Assembly: GCA_958009085.1 (NCBI GenBank)
Contig: OY253679.1
Coordinates: 186,001 to 250,000 of the forward strand
DNA length: 64,000 nucleotides
Direction: 5' to 3'
From: Protoeuglena noctilucae
Lineage: Eukaryota
Below, in pieces: positions 1-12,800 of this stretch (within the stretch, counting starts at the first letter, position 1; each line of letters begins with the position of its first letter). Below the pieces are notes generated by a model, which was not told where the DNA came from, made no database searches, and was given only the letters and a program-made list of their open reading frames with translations. The position numbers and the translations under genes were made by a program.

Positions 1-3000
1 CCACCCCTCCACCCACTGCCTCTCTCACTCCCCACCTCCCTCCCTCTCAATCCCATCACCCCACCCCACCCCACCCCACCCCCCCTCACTCCCCCCCCTC
101 CCTCTCCCCCCTCCTCTCCCCCCTCCCCACCCTCTCCAGCCACATTGGCTTCCCCCCCACATCCGAGTGACCCCCCACCCCTCTCTTCCCAATCGCTGAC
201 AAACTCTCCTCCAATTGCCGAGCAAACTGCTGCGTGGCGCTGCTCTGGTGGTCGTGGCTGGGGGGGATGACCTGGGGTAGACAGGGATGTGTGTGGATGG
301 AATGAAACCATACTGTTAATTTGAAGTCAGTAACACTGCAGTGGCTAAGACAACCACCCCCACCCCCACCCTCCCTCACCATGCCCCCCAGGTTCATCGC
401 GTTTGCCGCCTTCGCCTTGCTCTTCTTCTGTTCCGATAGCCTCGACTGGGCATAACTGCGAATATTCTCCGTCTCAAATGCGATGCGGAATCTCTGGCGG
501 GCCTCGCGGGTGCAGGAGATGGCGCCGGTAGTGAGGTCGACGCGGGAGGGGGTGAGCTGGGGAGGGGCGAGAGATGGGGGGCATTGATGCTATATACAAT
601 GTAACCGATCATACCAGTCACTCATTCTATTACCAGTATTACTATCATTAGCAGTCCACCACTCACCACCACCTCCGTGAGATGCGACACCTTGAAGCCC
701 CGGTCGGACATCAGCCACCCATCACATCATCACCATAACCACTATAATTTATCATCATAATTATCATTATCACCACCCCTCCATCCCCACTCACCACCAC
801 CTCCGTCCGATGCGACACCTTGAAGCCCCGGTCCGACAGGACGTCGATCAACACCTCGCACGCCAGCGGCTGGTCGTCCCAGAACGGGGCCGTGCTGGTG
901 TATTCGAAAAACCCGGCCAGCGACGATTTCAAAACCCCCGGCAGCACCTCCTCTTCAATGACAGACACCACTTGGTCCAGCAAAGGGCGGTGGTCGGTGT
1001 AGTAGCGGTCCAGCCGCTGCACCAGGCTCTGGCGGGACTGCATTGGGGAAAGTAAGCAATATCTTTGAGTGTAATAGATATTATATGTTTGAAATGTTTA
1101 ATAGCAATAGCGGTCCAAGCGCTGCAACAGGCTCCGAGAGGACTGGGAGGGAGGGGGGGACAGGGAGGAAGAGATTAGGTTATACTATGATTATAATTAC
1201 TATAATGGTTAACACAAAAGATCTACATTACTAAATATTTTATATTTATACAATATTTATAACATTTATTGTTTAGGTTATGATACTATGATAGCACCCC
1301 CCACTTCCTTGGCCAGCGGCAGGTGCGCCAGCGCTCAGTAGGTCCGTTGTAAGTGACAACCATTACATATGACAGTATAATAACATACATTCACTATAAA
1401 TATAACACCCTCACCTTGGTGACCACTTCCTTGGCCAGCGGCAGGTGCGCCAGCGCTCGGTAGGTCCCCTCTAAGAGATCCAGGGAGCTCTGGTATCGTA
1501 GCTCTTGCGCAATTTGCTGTTGGCACGACTCCAGGGATCCCATGGCGTCGATCAGGCAGAAGGGGAAGTGCTGGGGGGTTGGGACAGGGGTAACAGGTGA
1601 TACGTCATAGCTATAACATCTAAAATTAAGTGATAGTAAAAGTAAATCAGTAACAAACGATAATGACATAAAATAACAAAGTAAAGTGATACGTGACCAA
1701 TAGATACCACCGCGTCTCGCCTGCATGAGCCTCAGCAGCGTGCCGTAGTGCTGCTCGAATATCAGGCACCAAACAGTCACATGATTCATAGATAACATGA
1801 CCCATACATACAACACCGTTCTCTCGCCTGCATGAGACGTAGCAGTGTCCCGTAGTGTTGTTTGAATATCAGGTACCGCTGCTGGGCCTTCTCTATGTCC
1901 ACGTCCGTAGCACGAACCTCCTCTGAGGAACAAAGCACGATAGTAAATGGTGTCAAGAAGAATGTTCTTATAAGAAAGAAGGCAACCAAGCATCATTGGA
2001 CAGACATCCACACGCAGCTTGTTAGGTATTATTTTAATTATCACCCACTCTTACCCCACCCCACTTCACACCCACTCACCCGCCCTCCCCACCCCCGCAT
2101 CCAATATGCGCCGGTTGCGTTCGCTCGCCGACTGTGCCCTGGCCGTCTGCCGCTTGATCGATTCCTGTTCATCAATATACAACACAACCACTTTGAAGAG
2201 CGGGCGGGGGTAGCGACTCAGGTCGGGGAGGCGCTTGTGTTGCTGGGGGGAGAGGGATGGATGGGGTGGGGTTGTGGGTGAGGTGGGTGGGGTTGGTTGT
2301 GTTGATGAAGAGTAGTGGGGTAGTGGGTGGGTTAAGTGCGACTGCACGGCAGCTTCATCAGGTCTGCCAAGAAATTCATCATCATAACACACATTGACAT
2401 CTCGTCGTCTCACCTCGTGCACCTCCATCATGCGGTCGTAGAGCAGCTTCAGCAGGTCGGCCTGGAAGCTGGTGCGTGGGTACCCGTCGACAATCAGGCC
2501 GATGTTGTCGGCGTCGGGGGCGGCAAAGATGGCGTCCAGGAGCACGTCCAGGACCAGCTGGTCGGGGATCTGCGAGTGATGATGTGGAATGAGAAGGAAG
2601 CATCACTATCTGTGCTCAAGATCATCATGCTTACTCGTACAGCACACACCTGTGCGCACGCGCACACCTGGACACCCCCCCTCTGCGCAAGCAACCCTGA
2701 ACCACCACCAAACGTCACCGCCACCCCCACTGCCACCCTTCCTCTCATCCCCACCCTCAACGCGCCACCCTTCCTCGGTCCCCCCATCATCACCCCCTCT
2801 CACCAGTCCCCCCGAGTCCTTAATCGCCTTCAATTGATCGCTCCCGTCCAGCAGATCGCTCATCACGACCGCCCGCGACAGGCCGCGGATCTGCAGCACG
2901 TACGACGTGTGCGTGCCCTTGCCCGCACCCGGCGCCCCGTTCAGCCACACCACCTCCCGCGGAAACACCAGGCGGTCCCGGCCGTGGCGGTCCTGCAGCC

Positions 3001-3570
3001 GCTGCCACGCGGCCTCGAAGAGAGAGACCGCCTTGGGGTCTGCGAGCAGTGCGATGGTTGCAAGTGATAAGGGCGAGGAGGGACGGTCATGGTGAGCGTG
3101 ACTGCGACTCATAGCGGCTTTGATTGCCGTGATAAAGCAGGTGGGAACGACAATCGATTAATGATGAAACGATATCCATTGCGGGGCGGCGGGGGACGCG
3201 CGCGCTGCGCCGGGCGCGGGCCCTGACCTACGTCTGGGGCATGGCGCTTGGCGTCCGCCTCCGGAGGGCCGATGAACTCCGCGGGCACGCTCTGGAAGGT
3301 CACGCCGGAACCTGATGAATACGCGCGTGAGAGCTGCGCGCCGGATGGGCCGGCGGCCGCGGCGGGCGGGCGGGAAGCGAGGGCGGCGTCGACCGCCGCG
3401 CGCGCGGACGCGGCGCCGCGCGGGAGCGAGTTGGAAGAGACGCTCTCGAAAGGATGCCGCGCTTGGGTCGCGTGAAGCGAGCACGGCGCGCCCGGAGACC
3501 CAAACACTGCGCCGGACTCGGTGTCTCGGATCCCATGCGCCGGACCCTCCGCGCGTCGCGCTCCGGCCAT
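1..3570 (-). CDS. Atypical adenylate/nucleoside monophosphate kinase with C-terminal extension, multi-exon; 3' end probably runs off the window
   Basis: Spliced exons give P-loop VWLNGAPGAGKGT (about 2910-2955), LIVDGYPRTSFQA (about 2460-2500), FKVVVLYIDEQESIKRQ, LIDAMGSL and ELRYQSSLDL. Approximate exons: 3570-3227, 3039-2806, 2569-2414, 2243-2091, 1924-1828, 1571-1415, 1037-795, 557-380, 272-180. First exon is Ala/Arg/Ser-rich like an organellar transit peptide. Confidence 0.85.
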
Positions 3571-4199
3571 CCCGGGCCTCAGAGCCGATCCCCACGCAGT
3601 CTGTTTCGCATACACCTCACTACATTCCGCATGACAGAGTCTCTCGGCCGGCGGGTCTCGCGCGCCGCTCGCGTTCCCCTGCGGTCACGAGCAGCCTTGC
3701 CTCCGTCGCTCCCCGCCGGCGTGCGAGCGCGCATCGCGGCGCCAGCGCTGCGGCTGTCGTCTCTGCGCACCGCACGCGCCAGTCGCGACGCCAAGCTCCG
3801 GGCCAGCCTCCCCCGCATGTCGCAGCTGCAAAGTTGGGAGGGCTCGGTAGCGGCGGGCGGGCGCCCCTAACGCCGGAAAACGCAAGCTGATGCTGAGAAC
3901 GTGCGGAAGCAAGCTGGCACCGGCGCAGCTATCCCACAAAGGCCACGGGTGCACACGCAGCGACGAAGCAAACCGCTGCGGCAAGGATCTTCTCTCCTGC
4001 GAGCCGCGCCGCCGTGCGATGCGCCAAGACAAAAAGCGCACTGATGCTTTCTCTGATCACGCCATCGACGGATTCAATCAAGCAAAGAGAAGGCGGGGAG
4101 AGCCCTCGCAAGGTCACATGCGTTGCACTTCAAGCCAGACACAAACCAACGACACAGCGTGCCTAACACCTTCGCAACATCCTCCAATCTACCCCCGCG

Positions 4200-4999
4200 T
4201 CAGCCCCCACTAGCGCCGACAGCGATGGCGATGATGATGAGGATGAGGAGGGCGATGGAGCAGGCGATCGACCCCGCGCGCTCCCTCGGGTCCCTCGTGC
4301 ACACTGCGCGTGCCAGAAAATAGGAGGAAATATGGAACTCGCATTCTCCAATATGAGATATGCTCAAATGTGCCCAGCCCGGCTTGGCCCATCGCTCGCC
4401 CCACACAACGCAACAACACAACTCCTACCCATCGCAGCTTCACTCACGACCGACGAAGCTGCCCACGAGCCAAATGATGGGGAAGAAGAAACCGACGATA
4501 AAGCAGACCCAGGCCGCGCCGCAGCCGCACACGAGGGGGCTCGACTGCTGCACGACGGGCTGGCCGTCCGCGCCCACCGTATACCGCCGGCCGTCTGCGA
4601 GGGGCGAGAGCGCGTCACCGGCTTCGCACGCCACCGCTTCACAACGCACCCCGCGAGCGGCGCGACAAGATGAGCGAAACTGGACTCGCCTGGACCGATG
4701 AAGGCAGTGCCGGGTGGCAGGGGCTGCCCATCCGGCCCCAGCGCCACCACCGCGGGCCGCCCCGTCGGCTGCACGTACGAAGTGGGATAGCCCACCGGCA
4801 CGCCAGTCACCGTCCCTGGGGGCAAACCCTGCTGCCCATTCTGCTGCCCGTAGGGCTGCTGCCCGTACTGTTGTGAGCCGTACTGGTACTGCCCCCCTGG
4901 GCCCGCCTGGGCCCCGGCGGAGCCCTGCGTGCCATAAGCGTCGCTGTTAGGCGCCCCGGAGCTTGAACCGAACATGGGCGGAGGCACTTTCATCATCAC
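4200..4999 (-). CDS. Small Gln/Gly/Pro-rich membrane protein of the plant family usually labelled '60S ribosomal protein L18a-like' (not a true ribosomal protein)
   Basis: Three exons (4999-4690, 4594-4449, about 4315-4200) give ...VCGCGAAWVCFIVGFFFPIIWLVGSFV...RDPRERAGSIACSIALLILIII. The CGxGW-F-GF-FP-W and DPRERAG motifs are recalled as typical of that family. Confidence 0.7.
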
Positions 5000-5847
5000 G
5001 ACGATTTCCTCCCAGGGCGCAGGGTCAGCGCAACAGCCGCGCCCGTCCGGCGACTCGACAAGCTCGCTCCTGCGAGCCCACCGTCCACATGCATGCTTGA
5101 CTCGTCAGAAAGGGAAGAGCACATGCAGGCGACGGGGCGCACGCTCCGCTACGCACGGAGGGGCGGCCCTTCCGCACGACACCCACAGTCCTAACCAGCG
5201 CGCAGAACCGCGTACGTTCGCCCAATTCGCTGCCCGCGCGCGTTACAGATCCAAACAACGAGGCATGCGACCTGACGTGGGCGGAAATTCGCGCTCCTGC
5301 GCTTGGCAGGGACGCCGCGGGCCAAGTCATCGCTCCCGCGCCCCCTTTCCCCAGCCGCACCTCCTCGCGCTGGTCCTCTCGCTTCATACGCTAAAAGGCC
5401 TTTGTGCCGAGCGTGCAGAGAGGCGTGCAGGGGTCGCGGCGACAAAAAAAGGGTTTTCGGTTGCAGAGGGAGCGCAGCAAGTAACGATCTGCAATGACGT
5501 GAGCGACGGATCGCTGTTCTGTCCTTGACCCACGCGCCGAGGCCCCTTTTCGACCCCGCGGTCTGCCCTTCGTGCCGGAAACAGGTCGGGGTTTACCCCG
5601 GATGGTGACGCGGACGCTCATCGAGCCCTCGGACGCTGCGCCTGCTTCACCTGTGCAATGCTCGTCCGTGGGCAGTGAGGCTCGGCGACGAGGCTGCGAT
5701 GCCGGGCGGTGTGAAGACCAAGCGAGCGTCGGGGGCCATGCGGACCCCTCCGCGCGTGGGTGAGGCGCTTCAGCAAGGCCGTCTGCCTTGATATCGCTTC
5801 AACATGGTACTGGGGGCACCCAGCGCGGTCCTGTCGCTCACGCAGGG

Positions 5848-6980
5848 TGGGGCGACCTGCCTGGGGAGCTGCATCGTGAGGTCTTGCGGCTGGTGCCCCT
5901 GCGCGACGCCACGGCGGCGCGGGGGGTGTTGCGGGAGATGCGCGACGAGATGGACGAGGTGTGGAGGGCGTGGGGCATCTGGGCGACGTCGCAGGACAAG
6001 CGATGCGCTGTCTACCGCTGATGACGTACTGCGCGATGCGGGGCTGCTTGGAGGCGGTGAAGGCGTGCCTGGCAGCAGGGGCACAGGTGGATTTGGCGAG
6101 TTGCTACGAGTTTGATGGGTGGCATACGGCGGTGGTGCATGCGACACGATGGGGTCACGAGGCGGTGGTGGAGGCGCTGCTGGAGGCGGGGGCGTCGGCC
6201 AAGGTCGGGCGACGTCATGGCCAGGATCACACGTTGGTAGCGGTGTGCGGGGGTCATCCGACGCCGGGCATCGTGAAGCGGCTGGTGGAGGCGGGGGCGG
6301 ACGTCCACTCTCGTGTTTTCGTTCGGACGGCTTTCACTTGTGCGGCAGGTCGTGGCAATCTGGCGGTGATGGAGGTGCTGGTGGAGCTGGGGGCCGACGT
6401 GGCTACTGCTGACGAGCTGGGGCGGAATGCCATGCACTGGGCGGCGACCGGGGAGGTGGTGCGGTGGCTGTTGGCGCACGGGGCGAGCGTCCAGGGCGAC
6501 GGAGGCTACCAGTCCCCGCTTTGCGAGGCTTGTGAAGAGGGTCGGGTTGACACCGTCCGCGCCCTGATCGAGTTGGGTGCGGACGTCAACTACAAGGACA
6601 GGGATGGTCAGACGGCTCTGCATCACGCGGCTTCTTTCTCCAAAGAGCAAGAGGCCGTGGAGATGACGGGGCTGCTGGTGGCGGCGGGGGCGGACGTCAA
6701 CGCTGTTAATGAGAGCGGCACGGCTCCACTGCACTTCGCCCAACACGCGGCGTGCGTGGACCTGCTGGTGGACGCAGGGGCAGACCTGGAGGTGCGGGAC
6801 GGGGAGGGCTGTATGCCGATCTACCCAGCCGCGACGGGCGAGGATAACGACAGGCCCGAGGTCGTGCTGCGGCTGGCCGACCGCGGCGCGAACCTGGTCA
6901 ACACGGGCGGGGAGCCGGGGCTGGTGAAGCGCCGGGTGGAGGAGCTGAGAGCCGAGCGCAGCCGCGGCCAGGCCATCTGA
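5848..6980 (+). pseudogene. Intronless F-box-like plus ankyrin-repeat gene with a frameshift between the domains; the ankyrin ORF 5961-6980 is itself intact
   Basis: ORF 5961-6980 has about 8 ankyrin repeats (GHEAVVEALLEAGA, GNLAVMEVLVELGADV, GQTALHHAA, GTAPLHFA). An F-box-like segment, WGDLPGELHREVLRLVPLRDATAARGVLREMR, lies in a different frame (ORF 5788-6021) with no usable intron between them. Confidence 0.65.
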
Positions 6981-7470
6981 CCCGGCTGGGGACGGTGGCT
7001 GCGACTTTGGTCGGTGTGTGCGGGGACAAGAGGGTGAGGCATGTGGTCTTTCTCCATGTTGATGTCCAGTCGCTGCGTGCTCTGCAGCTCGTCCACCTGG
7101 TGCTTCAGCTCCACCTGCAGCGTCTTGATGTCCTGCCCCAGCTGGCTCTGTCCGCACGGCACCTGGCCCAGCTGGCTCATCGCGTCTGCCTCATGCACCT
7201 CAACGCGCGCCAACACGTTGCGGCCCTCCAGGTCGACCAGCGCGAGCTACAGCGATGCCATCTGCACGGGCGCAGTGTGCGGTTGCAGCTGCAGGGTGGG
7301 ACCGTGCACGGTGGTTGGGAGAGCGGCTGCCGATGCGCGGGGCGAGAGCGTGCTTTGGTTGTGCTGCATGCTGCCTGCATGTCGCTGCTGGCGACGTTGA
7401 AGGGCAGCGGAAGAGGCTGGGGGCTCGTGTGCGGGACCAACAGCGGTTCGGCCGTTTTCTTCAAGCATTA

Positions 7471-9451
<1,981 letters not shown>

Positions 9452-9889
9452 GCTCGAGGAGCCGCGGGGCGCAGGACCCCGCCTGCCCGGCCGATGTCCT
9501 CCGCAGATCAATCACGCGCGTCTACGCAAATTTCTCGCTGTGCGGCTTCGACCAGCTGCCCGAAAAGAGCTTCAGCAGGCGCAGGGCGTGCGGGATGCGT
9601 GACGGACGATGCGATGGGCGTGGCAAAAGCTGTGCGGGCCGAATCCACGCGGGCGTCAGGCAGCTGCAAGTGAGCAGCGATGAGGCGCGAATAGCGGCAG
9701 GCAAGAATCGAGCGGAGCTTTGCAAGCACCCGTCGCAACCTCTGGCTGTTGCGCTGACACGCAGGCTTGGATCGGCGAAGAGGGCGATTGGGACATGTGC
9801 ATCGCCATTTCGTCGCTGGGGCGGCGGCTGCAGCCCAAGGGCGGGGAGGAGGGTGCCGGGCCCCGGGCGCAGCGAACCGTGCGCGAGAG

Positions 9890-12800
9890 ATGTCGATGAA
9901 CCTGACCCCTTCACCTCGGCTATCAGCCACAGAGACGACGTTCACGATCGTCAATGTCGCCATGGGAGCGGGTGCGTTGCTTTGCTGCAGGGCGCGTCGC
10001 TGCGCGTCACTGGCGCGTACCGAACACCGAGGCCGCGCTCCCCGGGTCGCTGCGACGCGAGACGGAGCCATTAAATGCGACGCATCTTCCATCCCATTCC
10101 AATTCTCCGTCCGATCCCCCCGCGGCCGCATCGACGCCCTGGTGTACGTGCGTGACTTGCGAACGTTTCCGAAAAACACAACCGCCGCGCTTCGTCCCCC
10201 GCAGGGGTCCTCGGATTCCCCTTCTGCTACCGCACGTCGGGATGGGTGCTGGCCTCGGCGATGCTCCTGGCCGTGTTCGTGGCTACGATGTGGTCGCTCG
10301 ACTTGCTGCTGCGGTGCTGGAAGTGGACGGGCGGGCGCGCGCAGAGTTTCGAGGAGGTGGCGCACGCGGTGCTGGGGCCCAGGGGAGACCTCGTCGTGCG
10401 CGTCTGCGTCGCGCTGCAGAACACAGGTGAGTAAGGGGCGGGGGGCAGCGAGGGGCGAGGGGTGACTTGGGGCACACCCCACCAACCACAGTGGCTGTCC
10501 TGGTCGCCTACCTCACCATCGGCGCTATCATCCCCAGTCCTCACTCTATGCATCCACCATTACCACCCCCAGGTGCCCTCGTGGCCTATCTCACCATCCC
10601 CACCCCTCACTCCCATGTGATACACAATCGTAATACACAATCGCGATAACCACCCCCAGGTGTCCTCGTCGCCTACCTCACCATCGTGGCCGACATCCTC
10701 TCCGCCGTCGCCGGCACCGTCGTCCCGCCCGGCGCCGAGCCCTCCCGCAACCTGCTGATGGCAGGGGTCGTGTTTCTGGCAGTCATGCCCCTGTGCGTCG
10801 CCGTGGGCAGGGACGGCGCGGAGCTGCTGGGGGCCGTGTCGCGGGCCAGCGTCATTGCCGCCCTCGCCTTTGCGGGGGTGGTGGGGGCATACGGGCTGAT
10901 GGGTGAGGGAGGGGGCGAATACGACTGAGGGTTCCATGATTGCTTTGCTTGTGATGTCTGTTGTCATGCCGATGTCGGTGGGTGATGATGGTATTTTCAG
11001 CGTCATTGCTGCCCTCGCCTTTGCGGGGGTGGTGGCGGCCCACGGGCTGATGGGTGAGGGGTGAGGAAAGAGAGATGGGAATGGAATGATGTGTTGTCTA
11101 TCGCTTATTGTTATCCTTTCTTGTTCTGTCCGTGTCGTGTCATGACCCCTTCACTGCTCTCCTTTACGCCTGCACATCGGTATTGTCACTGTTACTAATA
11201 ACCAATAACTGATATCAGCAACTACATCATCACCCCGAACGACACCCCAACACTACCCCCCGTTCTCTCTCCCTCTCCCCAGGCCCGGAGAAGGGCGGGG
11301 GTCCCATGGTCGCCTTCGATGCGGACGGCATCGGTGTCACGTTTAGCGTGATGGGGTTCGCCTTCGCCTGTCACCCCGGCATCATTCAAATCATGCACGA
11401 TCTCGACAGGAACACGCCGCAGAGGATGGCAAAAGTGCTGTCGAGGGCACTGGTGAGGGGAAAGGGGTTGCAAGTTAGACGATAAGAGAGTGCAACCAGT
11501 TACTGGTGAAGTAATTTGATTACTGTGATTTCCTATTTTTCTATCAACCCCCCTCTCATCCCACTCAGTCCCTCTGCGCCGTCATCTACGCCCTCGTCGG
11601 CCTGGCCGGCTATGCCCTCACTCCTCCCCTCAATCACGCTACCAACACTAATCGCCAACCCCTCACTCCCCCTTCCCACTCAGTCCCTCTGTGCTGTCCT
11701 CTACGCACTGACCCCCATCCTTACCATTACCAGCACTCTTACCAACACTATTACCACCCCCCCCCCCCCCTTTCCCACCCCAGTCCCTCTGTGCTGGCCT
11801 CTACGCCCTGGTGGGCCTGGCCGGCTACGCCCGCTTCCGCGACCGCACGGGCGGCGACATCCTCCGCAACTTCGGGTCCCCCGGCTCCCCCCCGGGCGTT
11901 CGTGCTTTCGAGCACGGACTGAAAACGTGCTTCGGGATGACGGTCGTCGCCAGCGCGCCGTCGTTGCTGATTCCACTGCACGACACCCTCGCCCCCGCTT
12001 TCTTCAAAAAGAGGCCGCCCACACGCCGGCAGTCGCGGATGCTGATTGCTGCTATCGTGCTGGCGTGCTTCGGTGAGGGGCACGGGGGGAGGTTTTTGGG
12101 GGGAGATGTGGGGTGTGTATGAGTGGTCTGGTAATGATAAAAATGTATTTAACATGTATATTTTATAATATGGTTATATTTACAATAATTGTACAGTAGA
12201 TATTATGTATAATATAATACTATATTATCAACACTCTTTTATCCTCCAGGCATCGCGGTGGTGGTCCCGAACGTGGAGTTGATATTCAGCCTGACGGGGT
12301 CGACGGCCAGCGTGGCCATTAGCTACCTCTTGCCCAGCCTGCTGTTCCTGCGCATGTCGAGGAGGAAGGGGGACGCGGGTGAGAGTTACAGTTGTAGTAT
12401 TAATAGTGATACTTATAGTAATAGTAATACTTATACTTGAGGGAGGGGGTGTTGTAGGGTGGCAGTGGGGGTGATTGTAAGGGTGGCAGTGGGGGTGGTA
12501 GTGAGGGTGGCAGGGGGGGTGGTGAGGGTGGCGGTGGGGTTGGCACTCAGAGCATCAACACCCCACACCCCTCTCACCCACACCAACACCCCACACCCAC
12601 ACACCCACACCCCTCGCCCCCCACCAACCATCCCAGGCAAGATGACGGCTTTGACCAAGGACCACGAGAGCGGCCCCATCGACGACTCGAATTCAAATTT
12701 CAGTAACTCCAATTCGAATTCAAACACCCTCCCCGTCACCCCCTCGGCAAGCCTGCACGCGTGGGACACAGTGCCTCGCCTGCGTTTGAAAGCGAGGGCA

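Noticed and set aside
10493..11832. Short repeats with spacers read as a CRISPR-like array
   Set aside because: The repeats are copies of host exon ends, only 2-3 per locus and different at each locus; there are no cas genes and the context is eukaryotic.
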